Positions 36,995 through 47,811 are shown, counted from the stretch's first letter. The stretch is DNA of 64,000 bases from Gemmatimonadota bacterium (GCA_036679605.1 JAZDCZ010000386.1:1-64000), one strand, 5' to 3'. The notes: a model not told the origin generated them from the sequence alone. Made by a program: numbers and translations.

Positions 36995-39745
36995 ATGAAA
37001 CGCCGTTCAGCCGTATCAATTCTGGTGGCCACCGCCCTGTTATTGCCTCTCGGTTTGTCGACGGCGGTAGCCCAGCAACCAACGAAAGTCACGTCAGTCG
37101 AAGGCATCACGCAGTATGTCTTACCCAACGGACTTCAGGTGCTGCTGTTTCCCGACGCCAGTAAGCCAACTATTACTGTCAACATCACGTTCTTTGTTGG
37201 GTCCCGGCACGAGGGCTACGGTGAAACAGGCATGGCCCATCTCTTGGAGCATTTGGTCTTCAAGGGTACTCCAAATCATCCCGATATTCCGCAGGAGCTG
37301 ACCGAGCACGGCGCTCAGCCCAACGGGACTACATCGTTCGATAGAACCAATTATTTCGAGACCTTCCAGGCTGCCGACGAGCACCTCGATTGGGCGCTGG
37401 ATCTAGAAGCAGACCGAATGGTGAACAGCTTCATAGCCAAGAAAGCTCTCGAGTCGGAGATGACGGTGGTTCGCAACGAAATGGAGCTACGCGAAAACAA
37501 TCCGTTCGGGATTCTGATGGAACGCACCATGTCCACTATGTATCTGTGGCACAACTATGGAAAGTCGACCATCGGTGACAGGGCCGATGTCGAGAACGTT
37601 CCTATCCAGCGGCTTCAGGCGTTTTACAGGAAATATTATCAGCCCGACAACGCAATGCTCATTGTAGCCGGCAAGTTCGATCCCCCCAAGACGCTGGATC
37701 TCATCGTAGAGAAGTTCGGGTCAACCCCGCGTCCCGATCGCACGGGAGCAAACCGTATCTATCCAACCTATACGAGCGAACCCACCCAGGATGGTGAGCG
37801 TTTGGTGACACTGCGTCGAGTCGGTGATGTGCAGATTGTAATGGCCGCGTATCACGTTCCCCCTGGCTCTCACGAGCAGTATCCCGCGATCAGCGTATTG
37901 GCACATGTGCTTGGCAACCAGCCGTCGGGGCGGTTGTACCAGGCATTGGTCAAAAACGGTAAAGCCGCCGGAATCGGAGCGTTTGCGTTTCAATTGAAGG
38001 AGGCAGGGCCGTTGCTGACTTTTGCCCAGGTGCGTGAGGAAGACTCGTTGGATGAGGCAGCTCAGATTCTACGCGAAACTCTGGATGCTGTTGCGGAGCA
38101 ACCAATCACAGATGAGGAAGTAGAGCGGGCCCGCACTTCCTTGCTCAAGAATATCGATCTCACGTCCAACTCATCACAGCGAATCGCGTTGGGCTTGAGT
38201 GAATGGGCAGCTATGGGAGATTGGAGGCTCTTTTTCATTCACCGCGACGGCATACGGGCCGTAACCACCGAAGAGGTAAACCTCGCGGCTGCCGCATACT
38301 TGAAGTCACAGAATCGTACAGTGGGAATGTTCGTCCCAACGGAGACGCCGGACAGGGCGGCCATCCCTGCCGAGCCGGATGTTGCAGCAATAGTCAAAGA
38401 CTACACGGGGGACGAAGCCATTGCCGAGGGCGAAGAGTTCGATCCGTCGCACGAGAACATAGAAGCCCGCACAACGCGGAATACGCTTTCCAGTGGTTTC
38501 AAGGTTGCGCTCCTGCCCAAGGACACACGCGGCGAGACCGTCGTAGTCACATTTAGAATCCTGTTCGGTACCGAATCATCGCTCATGAACAAAGGTGCCG
38601 CGGGCGATTTGGCGGCTTCAATGTTGATGCGAGGCACGATGGAGCACAGCCGACAGGAAATATCGGACGAGTTCGATCGACTCAAGGCTCGCGTGTCCAT
38701 CGGTGGTGGTGGTAGCTCAACCAGTGGATCGATCGAGACTACGCGAGAAAACCTACCTGCCGTGTTGCGGCTCGTACGAGAAGTGCTGCGCGAACCGCGA
38801 TTTGATCCGGATGAGTTCCAGCAACTCAAGGAGCAGAGGCTGGCGGGATTGGAGTCGAACAAATCGGAGCCGCAGGCGTTGGGTTCGATAGCTTTCGGCC
38901 GACATATGTCACCGTGGCCCAAGGGGCATCCGCGTTACGTCGCCACAATCGACGAAGAGATTGAAGCCATCAAGTCGATCACCGAAAATGATGCGAAACA
39001 ATTTCATGAGCAGTTCTACGGTGCGGCGAGAGGACACATGGCAATCGTAGGTGATTTCGATGCCCCGGAGGTGCTGGAGATCGTAGAGCAAACCTTTGGC
39101 GATTGGACAGCTGAGATGGAGACTGCGCGCCTGCCGAGCGTTTACCGTGACATCACCCCCGAGAGAATAGTCATTGAGACACCGGACAAGGCCAACGCTT
39201 TCTTCCGAGCCGGAATTAACCTGGACATGGGTGATGACGATCCCGATTATCCGGCAATGGTGCTGGCAAATTACATGATGGGAGGTGGCTTCCTGAACTC
39301 GCGACTGGCGACCCGTATCCGGCGGAAGGACGGGTTGAGCTACTTCATAGGCTCGATTTTCTCGGCCCATCCGGTGGACCACAACGGGCAGTTTGGGGCT
39401 GTTGCGATATACGCGCCCGAAAACCGCGATCCGCTGGAGGCGGCCTTCCGCGAGGAGATCGAACTGGCCCTCGAGAAGGGATTCACTGCCGATGAAGTTG
39501 CTAAGGCCAAGGACGGGTATCTACAGTCCAGAGGAGTAGGTCGTTCGCAGGATCGTGCCCTTGCCGGCATGTTGTCCCAGGGATTGTACTTCGACCGCAC
39601 CATGGGTTGGGACGCAGAACTGGAACGGAAGATCGCCGATTTGACCCCCGATCAGATATTGCAGGCAATGCGCCGCCATATCGATCCTGACAAAATTACA
39701 GTTGTCGTTGCCGGTGATTTCGAGAAAGGTGTAGTGCCGGAGTAG
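36995..39745 (+). CDS. Secreted M16 zinc peptidase (pitrilysin/PqqL-like)
   Basis: Signal peptide, GMAHLLEH (HxxEH) and duplicated M16 halves. SD GGAGG with ATG at 36995. Confidence 0.95.
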   Translation: MKRRSAVSILVATALLLPLGLSTAVAQQPTKVTSVEGITQYVLPNGLQVLLFPDASKPTITVNITFFVGSRHEGYGETGMAHLLEHLVFKGTPNHPDIPQELTEHGAQPNGTTSFDRTNYFETFQAADEHLDWALDLEADRMVNSFIAKKALESEMTVVRNEMELRENNPFGILMERTMSTMYLWHNYGKSTIGDRADVENVPIQRLQAFYRKYYQPDNAMLIVAGKFDPPKTLDLIVEKFGSTPRPDRTGANRIYPTYTSEPTQDGERLVTLRRVGDVQIVMAAYHVPPGSHEQYPAISVLAHVLGNQPSGRLYQALVKNGKAAGIGAFAFQLKEAGPLLTFAQVREEDSLDEAAQILRETLDAVAEQPITDEEVERARTSLLKNIDLTSNSSQRIALGLSEWAAMGDWRLFFIHRDGIRAVTTEEVNLAAAAYLKSQNRTVGMFVPTETPDRAAIPAEPDVAAIVKDYTGDEAIAEGEEFDPSHENIEARTTRNTLSSGFKVALLPKDTRGETVVVTFRILFGTESSLMNKGAAGDLAASMLMRGTMEHSRQEISDEFDRLKARVSIGGGGSSTSGSIETTRENLPAVLRLVREVLREPRFDPDEFQQLKEQRLAGLESNKSEPQALGSIAFGRHMSPWPKGHPRYVATIDEEIEAIKSITENDAKQFHEQFYGAARGHMAIVGDFDAPEVLEIVEQTFGDWTAEMETARLPSVYRDITPERIVIETPDKANAFFRAGINLDMGDDDPDYPAMVLANYMMGGGFLNSRLATRIRRKDGLSYFIGSIFSAHPVDHNGQFGAVAIYAPENRDPLEAAFREEIELALEKGFTADEVAKAKDGYLQSRGVGRSQDRALAGMLSQGLYFDRTMGWDAELERKIADLTPDQILQAMRRHIDPDKITVVVAGDFEKGVVPE

Positions 39746-39754
39746 CTTCACCCT

Positions 39755-40834
39755 CTACCGCGGTTTGAGGCGTACTAGTTGCATCAACGCCCGCAACGAG
39801 TCAACAGGTAACGCACCGTTGAGGGTTATTTGGAGTCCGTTACGCAGCGCACGTGCGCTGTTGAGCGTACCTAGCCCGGCAGCGCTACGGAGTTGATCTG
39901 CAGCTGTGCCCTCGGCCCGACCGCGAGCGAGACGGTCGGGCGAGTCCACCTGTTGTACGATCAGTTCCACAATCAGTTGGCGATCAAGTCGCTGCCTAAC
40001 GCGTACTAAACCTCTGCCTGCCACGGTGCTGGTTGCATAGTCGATTACCTCGACACCCGCTATGACAGGAACGCCGCTGGCCAGTGACGTCTCTGCATCT
40101 TTCTCACTTGCAACCATCCAAACCGTTCGTTCGGCTCCAACACCTGCGGCACTCCGGGGCGCTAGGCTGACACGACGGACACTCTCATCGGCCGCGACCT
40201 TTCGCGCTTCGAGAACTTCTCGAAACTCAACCGGTGCTGGACGGTCGGTCCGAGGTTCCGGTGCGGCCGCAACTTGCTCCAGGGCGCGATCGAGATCAAG
40301 AGGAGTCGTCACATCGCGAGCAGTAGATTCTTTGGCAATGGAGTCAGACATTGACCGATCGAGTGTCGGTGAGTCCTCAGCTCGCTGCGCTTGCGCCAAT
40401 GTCGGGGCCAACTCGTCGAGATCGCTCACGGGCACCTCAGATCGATTCTCCATCGGAGTAGCGCTCTGTACTGTCTGAGCCGGAGCGGGACCACCAGTTA
40501 TCAAGGCCGCGCGAGCATACCAGCCGGCACCCACGGCCAGAACAATGGTGGCTGCCCAGCCAACGGCTTTCATACGGCCAAGCGCCGGCACTGGGCGGGA
40601 CGTGTTCGGCTCGTCACGGAGAGCGCGCAGCTGCGCAAAGGGAGGAGCCGACACATCGGGCGGGCCTGACGCCGACAAAATCTGTGCAGCCCGGTCTTTG
40701 ACTCGTCGTGCATCATCCAGCGCGGCAGAGCATTTGCCGCATTCGGCGATGTGTTCGTCTATTGCCTGCTTGTCGTGCGCACCGCACTCGCCGTCCAGGT
40801 ATGCATGCAGCGTTTCTTTATCCACGTGCGACAT
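39755..40834 (-). CDS. Zinc-binding (zf-HC2) transmembrane anti-sigma factor
   Basis: LHAYLDGE...HIAECGKC and TM WAATIVLAVGAGW. Confidence 0.88.
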   Translation of the reverse strand: MSHVDKETLHAYLDGECGAHDKQAIDEHIAECGKCSAALDDARRVKDRAAQILSASGPPDVSAPPFAQLRALRDEPNTSRPVPALGRMKAVGWAATIVLAVGAGWYARAALITGGPAPAQTVQSATPMENRSEVPVSDLDELAPTLAQAQRAEDSPTLDRSMSDSIAKESTARDVTTPLDLDRALEQVAAAPEPRTDRPAPVEFREVLEARKVAADESVRRVSLAPRSAAGVGAERTVWMVASEKDAETSLASGVPVIAGVEVIDYATSTVAGRGLVRVRQRLDRQLIVELIVQQVDSPDRLARGRAEGTAADQLRSAAGLGTLNSARALRNGLQITLNGALPVDSLRALMQLVRLKPR

Positions 40835-41327
40835 TGCCGGCCTCCAATGAGTCGTACGCCTCAACGAGCTTGGTGCGGGCACGCGCCAGTGTCGTACCGA
40901 CTGCGCCCTTTGAGAGCCCCATCTCCTCCGCGATCTCCTCGTAATTCAACCCGCCGTCCCACAACAACAGGACAGTCCTATCACGTTCGCTCAATTCGCT
41001 CAGCGCCCGCCGGACTAGCTCCATCTCTTCGAGGCGCTCTACGTCAGCGCTTGCGTCCGGCTGCGATTCTTGGTGCGCCTCGGCTTCTCCCTTGAGGAGA
41101 ACAAGATGTCTCTTGCGGCGTATCGCGGCTCTGGCTTCGTCCCGCGCAGTATTGTTCGCTACCGTAAACAGCCAGGTACGCGCATTTTGAGGATCGGCGT
41201 CGAGCGCTCTCACGAACACCTCCTGCGCGAGGTCTCGGGCCCGGTCCGCATCCCATACCTTGCGGTGAAGGAAGCGGACCAGGTCCGAGTAAGTCTCGCG
41301 GTACACCTGCTCCCAGTCAGTGGCCAC
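40818..41327 (-). CDS. ECF sigma-70 factor
   Basis: DLAQEVFVRA, WLFTVANN and YEEIAEEMGLSKGAVGTTLARAR. Confidence 0.93.
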   Translation of the reverse strand: MATDWEQVYRETYSDLVRFLHRKVWDADRARDLAQEVFVRALDADPQNARTWLFTVANNTARDEARAAIRRKRHLVLLKGEAEAHQESQPDASADVERLEEMELVRRALSELSERDRTVLLLWDGGLNYEEIAEEMGLSKGAVGTTLARARTKLVEAYDSLEAGNVARG

Positions 41328-41363
41328 GAGGGCAAGATACAGGGACTTGCGTCAAGTTGTGAG

Positions 41364-43580
41364 TCACTTGCCCCGAAACGCTGCGACTATGCGTCGCAGA
41401 ACGAGTGGTGATAGTTTCTCGGAGCCACTGTCGGCAACCTTTACGCTCATGTTCTTGCCGGCCACCAAGACGGCCTCAAACTCGCTAAAGTATCGCGCAA
41501 GTTCCGGAATTCGTTCGAGCACCGCGAAATACGCCTCGCTGAACGGTACGACCACGATCACATCCAGCGAATCGGCGTGATTCATGTCGATCCAAGTACC
41601 CTGATCGTGGATGAACATCCGTCCTGCGACACTACGCACATTGGGACCGTGTCCGCGTCCGATCAGCACGTCCTCGGCGGCGTCCAGGTCTATCTGACTC
41701 CGTACCTCGCGTCTCTCAAGTGATTGCTGCGCCCTGTTGACGGCGGTGGCCCCAGAGGCTTTCCTGGCGACAGAGTCATGCATCCCGAGACCGGGGGCAG
41801 CTTGGAGCGATCTGACAGGCAGGATACCTGCTGCCACATCAACCGGTTCCTGGACCAGGTAAGATGTGTATTCGGAAATGAGCCCATAGCGCAGAGCCGT
41901 ACTCTTTATCTCCTCGATCAGTTCGTCGTTAGGACCGTTTAGACGAAGGGTCCGAGAGAGGTATCCGATCTTCCGGGAGGCCCACAGCCGTGGAATGAAA
42001 TCATTGCCCGATTGCCGGACAGGAAAACGTACGTCGGTTCCGAAACGCTCCACCCGATTGTTTCTGCGACCGGAGATAGTGAGAGTGCCCGAGCGATCTT
42101 GCCTGGAGGCACGATAGCGTCCGAACACTACTAGTTCTTCGCCGGCGAAGAGATCGGACAGGCGCTCGGGATAGATCTCGGTCAGTTCGACAGGGCTATC
42201 GTCCAGACTGAGATCGGCCAGAACAGGATGTTGGACTTTTGCCACCAGTTGACCGACCGCGCTTTCTACGCTCTCTCCAGGTCGTACGTACTCTGTAGAG
42301 CCGCGGCCTGCATCGGAGAGGCGATCCAATAGGTAAGTGTTGACGTCGTATCCCACGCCGAAGGCAAACACACGTGTGTCACCGCGAGCACGCTCTGCAA
42401 GTTGCGCGAGCAGTTCCGGATTCTGCTCACCAACCGATGGCAATCCGTCGGTGAGGAAAATGACCATCGGTAGCCGTCCGGATCTGCCGTCGAGGCGAAA
42501 GGCCTCGGTCAAAGCACCCTCGATGTTGGTGCCACCATCTGCGGAAAGATTCTCAACCCACTGGCGAGCGTCCTCGATTTGGGTGCCACGAGGACGACTC
42601 CAGTCCGTTTGGTAGGTTCGCACGCGACTGCTGAAGGCGATGAGCCTGAATCGGTCTGCAGGCTGCAATGACGATAACAGTTGCAGCAGTGCGAGCTTGG
42701 CTTGCTCTATCTTTTCGCCCGACATGGAGCCGGAGACATCTACTACGGCTGTGATGTCGCGCGGAAGAGTCGAACCCACGGCCGAGCCCGGGGACAGGGT
42801 CAGCATGAAGTATCCGTCTTCCCCGGCGGGCCGGTGCGTCGCGACCGTGACTCCCACAACGTCGCGTGCAAAAGGGAGAAACAGTGTAAAATCTCCGGTC
42901 AGGTCAGTCTCGGGGCGCACGGTGAGTTTTCCGTGTTCGTTACCGATTACCACGTCGTGCGTCGGTGAGAAGGGCCGTCCGAACGTGTCGCCGCTATCGG
43001 CAGTCAGCTTGAGTGACACCGGGGAGTCGTTGCGTCTGTGCAAGGGTCTCTGGTTCTCCACGGTAGCCGGTCGTCCTACAGTGGCACCGCCGCCGGCATA
43101 CTGAAATTGAAGAGCGTTGCCGGCCCGCTCGAGAACCTGGGTGTACCGCAGTGTGATCTTTCGACGCTCGCCGGGATTGATCGGAAATACCCGGGCCCTG
43201 ATCAGTCCGTGGCCTACTAATTCGATGAGTGCAGGGTCTTTTTTCCTTCGAACGATCGCCTGATAGATTTCACGCGCCGTCCGCGCATCCATCGTCTCGC
43301 CACGCAGTTCCCGATCGCCCTGGAACAGCGAAAAGTTGCTAAACACTGCCTCACCCGGGAGCGGGTAGAGGTAATCGCCCTCTCCCAGCCGCGGCCCCCT
43401 GTTTTGGAACCACTCCTCGATCTCTACGTGGGCGATCCGGCCCGTCACATGTACCGAAACTGTCGTTTGGACGCGTTCAACCCACGGCTGTCCGCGTCCA
43501 GGAAGAGGCTCGATCCAGCCTTGTGCCGCGAGCGGTCCCGCAAGCAGGCTGGCCGTTGCTATTGCCATTATCGTGCGCAT
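41364..43580 (-). CDS. Secreted VIT plus vWA domain protein
   Basis: Signal peptide, VIT motifs (YLYPLP, DPALIE), MIDAS DVSGSMS, GGTNI, LTDG and RLWA...YTS. Confidence 0.9.
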   Translation of the reverse strand: MRTIMAIATASLLAGPLAAQGWIEPLPGRGQPWVERVQTTVSVHVTGRIAHVEIEEWFQNRGPRLGEGDYLYPLPGEAVFSNFSLFQGDRELRGETMDARTAREIYQAIVRRKKDPALIELVGHGLIRARVFPINPGERRKITLRYTQVLERAGNALQFQYAGGGATVGRPATVENQRPLHRRNDSPVSLKLTADSGDTFGRPFSPTHDVVIGNEHGKLTVRPETDLTGDFTLFLPFARDVVGVTVATHRPAGEDGYFMLTLSPGSAVGSTLPRDITAVVDVSGSMSGEKIEQAKLALLQLLSSLQPADRFRLIAFSSRVRTYQTDWSRPRGTQIEDARQWVENLSADGGTNIEGALTEAFRLDGRSGRLPMVIFLTDGLPSVGEQNPELLAQLAERARGDTRVFAFGVGYDVNTYLLDRLSDAGRGSTEYVRPGESVESAVGQLVAKVQHPVLADLSLDDSPVELTEIYPERLSDLFAGEELVVFGRYRASRQDRSGTLTISGRRNNRVERFGTDVRFPVRQSGNDFIPRLWASRKIGYLSRTLRLNGPNDELIEEIKSTALRYGLISEYTSYLVQEPVDVAAGILPVRSLQAAPGLGMHDSVARKASGATAVNRAQQSLERREVRSQIDLDAAEDVLIGRGHGPNVRSVAGRMFIHDQGTWIDMNHADSLDVIVVVPFSEAYFAVLERIPELARYFSEFEAVLVAGKNMSVKVADSGSEKLSPLVLRRIVAAFRGK

Positions 43581-43768
43581 TTTTACACCTCGTAGACTTG
43601 GTTCTATCTTGTAGGACGATTGAGGCGGCAATGTTTGCACATCGGTCAGGTGGGCTGTGGAGGGAACCTGGGAACCACCGGACCCCCGGGTGGGGTTAGC
43701 GGGTAGATTAGGCGGGAAAGGCGACTCCCACAGCCTGGGTTGCTATAAACGGAATACTGGAGATGTGA

Positions 43769-45922
43769 ATGACAGGTTCGAGGTATTGGCACGGAATTGG
43801 GATCGCACTAGCGACGTTGACGCTTGCCGCACCGGCAGCGGGTCAGAATGCGCGCAGGCCCACTCTTCTACAGAAATGGGATGTACTTGCGGCGCCTCAA
43901 GTCGATCTGTGGTATCACGCCCTGGCCATTATCGAATTCGACGATCGGGAAGACTTCCCGCTTTATAATCCGGAGTACGTGTCACGTGTTTGGGATGCGA
44001 AGCAGGAGCTTGGGATCTATCCCACCCGTCTAGACAGCCTTGCCGGCGAGCTACGGAAGGCATTTTCAAAGGACCCTGCATTTCAGCAATTCCATTTCCT
44101 CCCGCTCTATTTTCCGAAGGCGACACTCGAGCAAATGATGCAGTCGCTCAAGGCCATAGCCAAGAAACGCATCAAACAAGAGGGAATCTTGACCGACGAA
44201 ACGAGGCGCGGAATCCAGATCGTCTCGGGCACGTTTCAGAAGGGCGGTCAGCGCAAACTCCTCGCCAAGTTCGTGGACGCACTCGAGAATGAGTGGGATG
44301 TGTTCTACCGCGACTATTGGGAGCAGAACTTCGCTTCGGACTCGGGCTACTACACCAGGATCCAGCAGCGTTGGACAGACGAGGTGGCTCCGGCGATCGA
44401 ACCATTCCTAACGAAGCAGCGGCTGCAGGGAGGCAGAATCTTCATATCGCCGGCAGTGGGTCCGGAGGGGCGGCTATTTCAAGGAAACGTGTTTCGTCGT
44501 ACGGAGAGTGCTGTGGCGGTTTGGTGGCCCCAGTGGGATGACTTGGATGCCAGTCTGTTTTCTGCGGTCAGAGAGTTGTGCTTTTCGGTGGTGGATGACG
44601 CGATCGTCACAGCAGGAATAAGAGCTTCCGAAAAAGCTAGTAGCAACGCAGCAGTGCGGTGTGGCGCGATGCTGCTCGCGCAGGATGATCCCGAGGGTTT
44701 CGTGGAGTACAGACGATCTTTTTTGCGAGCGGTTGGGGTGGAGGCCGAGGGGCCGCAGTTGGCGAGCGCCTTCGAGGACGCATATGAGGTGGACGAAAGT
44801 TTGCTGGAAGCGCTTAGACGTCATGTACAGCCCGCGCCGCCCCGGACTACCGCACGCGCGGAGAGAAGTGGACGAGCTACCGAGCGCACTGATATTGGGC
44901 GCGCGCTTGGAGCTTCGCCTCGACGACGCCCCAGCACTGAGGCAAAGCCGGCGCGTACCGGTTGGACAGTGAAGGCGGAGCCGCAGACTGATCTTTGGTT
45001 CCATGCCTTGGCTGTGATTGCGGCCGACGAACCTGGCCCGTTAGGGCTCTACAGTGCTGATTACGCGTTGAAGATTCGGGAGATCAAACAGGCACGTGGC
45101 GTCTACCCGACAATGCTCGATTCTCTGGCGGGCACGCTGAGAAAGCAAATCGCGAAAGCGGACGTCCAGAATCTGCATTTCGTACCCCTCTGGTTCCCGG
45201 AGGTAAAGCCCGACCGTCTGTTCGAGGTTCTAAATGCGATTGCGGACGGCAATACCAGGGGCGCCACGTTTTCGCGGAGCGATGTCCGGGTGGGCGTTTT
45301 TCAAGTGGGGCAGTCTATGAGTAGGAATCACCGGTTGCTGCGCCAGTTGGTGAGGGCGATCGAGGACGAGTGGAATGTCTTTTATCGAGATTACTGGGAG
45401 AAACAGCGGGCGGACAGGGGGGCCCATAACGCCGAGATCCAGACGATGTGGGATTCAGTCATGGTGCCAAAGCTCGGCGAGTTTCTCAAACGGAGGAGAT
45501 TGAGTGCCGGGTTGATTATGCCGTCGCCCGGACTCGGACCTGAAGGGCGCATCATAGACATCGACAATTTTGACCCGGCAGACCAGATCGTGTCCATCCA
45601 GGTGCCGCCCACAACTACCCGGGCCGACGCCACAGTCTTCGCGTTCCTCAAAGAGCTGTGCTTCCTGATCATCAACGAAAGGGTCGTTGGGCCGCCCACC
45701 GGAGACGATCTCTTGTATGAGGATCTACGAAGGCGAACTGCGGTGAGGTGCGGTGCGCTCATCCTGGAGTTCTACGCTCCGACGCTCACGCCCCGCTACA
45801 GGAGGGTCTTCCTAGACGCTGTAGGAGCCGAAGAGAGCGCGACTCAGGCGGCGTTCGAACGTGTGTACATGCTCGATCCCAAGGTCTACCAGCGACTCCG
45901 GCAGGTAATAAGGGGCGGATGA
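43769..45922 (+). CDS. Secreted hypothetical protein made of two homologous domains of about 320 aa
   Basis: Signal peptide. DLWYHALA/DLWFHALA, YPTRLDS/YPTMLDS, GPEGR x2, ELCF x2 and AVRCGA x2. Confidence 0.85.
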   Translation: MTGSRYWHGIGIALATLTLAAPAAGQNARRPTLLQKWDVLAAPQVDLWYHALAIIEFDDREDFPLYNPEYVSRVWDAKQELGIYPTRLDSLAGELRKAFSKDPAFQQFHFLPLYFPKATLEQMMQSLKAIAKKRIKQEGILTDETRRGIQIVSGTFQKGGQRKLLAKFVDALENEWDVFYRDYWEQNFASDSGYYTRIQQRWTDEVAPAIEPFLTKQRLQGGRIFISPAVGPEGRLFQGNVFRRTESAVAVWWPQWDDLDASLFSAVRELCFSVVDDAIVTAGIRASEKASSNAAVRCGAMLLAQDDPEGFVEYRRSFLRAVGVEAEGPQLASAFEDAYEVDESLLEALRRHVQPAPPRTTARAERSGRATERTDIGRALGASPRRRPSTEAKPARTGWTVKAEPQTDLWFHALAVIAADEPGPLGLYSADYALKIREIKQARGVYPTMLDSLAGTLRKQIAKADVQNLHFVPLWFPEVKPDRLFEVLNAIADGNTRGATFSRSDVRVGVFQVGQSMSRNHRLLRQLVRAIEDEWNVFYRDYWEKQRADRGAHNAEIQTMWDSVMVPKLGEFLKRRRLSAGLIMPSPGLGPEGRIIDIDNFDPADQIVSIQVPPTTTRADATVFAFLKELCFLIINERVVGPPTGDDLLYEDLRRRTAVRCGALILEFYAPTLTPRYRRVFLDAVGAEESATQAAFERVYMLDPKVYQRLRQVIRGG

Positions 45923-45973
45923 CGCCGCTCGGAACCAGCGGGCTCGCCGTGCCGTTGCTGAGTGCAGAACGAT

Positions 45974-46741
45974 ATGCCACGTAGACGCAGAAAACCGAAC
46001 TTCGTATTGCCCCCACAGCCCAAGGTTTATGGCCGGGAGGTTGGAGGGTCGGTTGCGCTACACGTAATTGTCGTCTTCCTGATGATCTGGGGCGGTTTCC
46101 GAGCCGCTGCCCAGGCGGCCGGGTCCGGAGGCGGGCTGGGCCCGGTCGGCGGCGGAGGTGGAGGTGGTGCGCCCAAGATAACCTACGTTGAGCTGCCACC
46201 CTTTCCCGCTCAGCCAGCGGCCCCGAAGGTGGCGGTTCCAGACGAAGACCCATTGGTGATCAGGATTCCCCGGCCCGAGATTAAACAGATCGTCAGACCC
46301 AAGACCAGGCTCAAGATCGTGAGGCCGACCGGACCCATCCTGAAGGCAGTTAAGGTGGGGCGTGGGAAAGGTACTAGTGGAGGAGTCGGGTCCGTGGCCG
46401 GCTCGGGTGGCGGAAAAGGTACTGGTGTCGGAACCGGGGCCGGACACAATCGAGGTCCCGGCACAGGTGGGAAGGGCGGTGCAGTGCTTGCGCCCGAACC
46501 TCGTGCGGTGATCTATCCGACCGACGGACCTCCTCAGTCGCTCAGGGGAAGTGTCCTCAAGATCCACTTTTGGGTGGATATGCGCGGTAAGGTCACCAAG
46601 GTGGAGATCAAGCCCAAGATCAAGGACAAAACCTATCGCAAGGCGCTACTGGATCGCATGTACCAGTGGACATTTTATCCCGCGAGAACCGCCGACGGCT
46701 CTCCGGTCAAGGGCGAACTGGAAATAACGCACACGCCGTAG
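45974..46741 (+). CDS. TonB-like protein
   Basis: TM with SVALH, Gly/Pro-rich linker, and C-terminal YP...FWVD..G.V...WTFYPA. Confidence 0.75.
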   Translation: MPRRRRKPNFVLPPQPKVYGREVGGSVALHVIVVFLMIWGGFRAAAQAAGSGGGLGPVGGGGGGGAPKITYVELPPFPAQPAAPKVAVPDEDPLVIRIPRPEIKQIVRPKTRLKIVRPTGPILKAVKVGRGKGTSGGVGSVAGSGGGKGTGVGTGAGHNRGPGTGGKGGAVLAPEPRAVIYPTDGPPQSLRGSVLKIHFWVDMRGKVTKVEIKPKIKDKTYRKALLDRMYQWTFYPARTADGSPVKGELEITHTP

Positions 46742-46748
46742 GAGGTAG

Positions 46749-47573
46749 CTAGATCAGGCGGCACCCTGGATGGCCGGTCTCGTCTGGTCCGAAATCCGGC
46801 CACTCGTAGCATAGCGAAGGCTTTGCCCGCTGGCCGTTGGGCAGGATTCTGTCGTGCAGCCGGCAACCAGTGCCGTCTTCGGCCAGGTATCCACATGCCG
46901 ATAGCACCTCACACTCCATGGTCTCGTCGTCTTCACGCTTCACCTTGCAGAGGTAAGGGGACTTGCGGGCACGTAGCAGGGCCTCGAGTCGTCGCTGAGA
47001 AGAAGCTAGAAACACCTCGAGCGTGAGATCGCGACAGCATGCCGAGCCCTTGGTGTTATCGCCTGTGCGGCACGGGGCGTCGATGCAGGGGTTGTCAGAC
47101 TGAAGCACGGGAAGCGAGCGCTGCGCGGCCCGTTTGAGACGGAGATCGAGTTTTCGTCTCCTGTTCTTGTAGAAGATGGAGAACCGATTCTCGCCCAATA
47201 TCACCTTAAAGTCCTGCGCTGGTAGCTGAGTGCTCGCGGGCAACGGGCCGCGGAACCCATGTGCACTGCAGCGGACAACCTGCTTCTTCTTGTCGTTGGT
47301 GTGGTAGTTGGGCAGTCCGTCAGGTCGCACGGCAGGTTCGCCGGACGAAGTCCTTAGGTACTTGCACGGCACGTGGACCGTGCCCTCCACTCTGAGGTCG
47401 GAGCCAACGACATAGGGTTTGCCCCAGGTGATTCTCTCGGTGTGTCCCGTCATCCAGGTCACCGACGCGTCTTGGAGCGACCGACTTTCATCGTCGATGT
47501 CGGAGACACCGATTGTGAGAGTCAATTCACGGCACTGTCGGCCGAGCGATTTGCAGCGGGGAGGTGTTGGCAT
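46749..47573 (-). CDS. YkgJ-like cysteine-cluster protein
   Basis: C...C...ACCR, CGYL...CRLH...KPSLCYEWP, plus a second degenerate N-terminal copy (PCKYL...RCSAH). Confidence 0.65.
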   Translation of the reverse strand: MPTPPRCKSLGRQCRELTLTIGVSDIDDESRSLQDASVTWMTGHTERITWGKPYVVGSDLRVEGTVHVPCKYLRTSSGEPAVRPDGLPNYHTNDKKKQVVRCSAHGFRGPLPASTQLPAQDFKVILGENRFSIFYKNRRRKLDLRLKRAAQRSLPVLQSDNPCIDAPCRTGDNTKGSACCRDLTLEVFLASSQRRLEALLRARKSPYLCKVKREDDETMECEVLSACGYLAEDGTGCRLHDRILPNGQRAKPSLCYEWPDFGPDETGHPGCRLI

Positions 47574-47722
47574 TGTGTATAGAAATCCTTGAGTGGCGCC
47601 CCAAGGCCTGGGTCAATGAGAGGACGGGTTGCACATGGACGCAAGACAAGTTCGTATTTTTACGCCAAAGTTCAAGGTGTACGTTCGTGGGGCACTTCCG
47701 TCTGACTCGCCGGTATTTACAT

Positions 47723-47740
47723 TTGTGAACAGTTTCAAGA
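47723..47740. promoter_or_regulatory. Rex-box-like operator upstream of the cupredoxin gene
   Basis: TTGTGAA-CAGT-TTCAAGA versus consensus TTGTGAA-N4-TTCACAA (12/14). Confidence 0.4.
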
Positions 47741-47811
47741 ACTAAGAGGAGTCCCGATGCGGTCCGGTCGGGACCATTTTTCTGATGGAGACACACTGAG
47801 GAGTTGGCATT

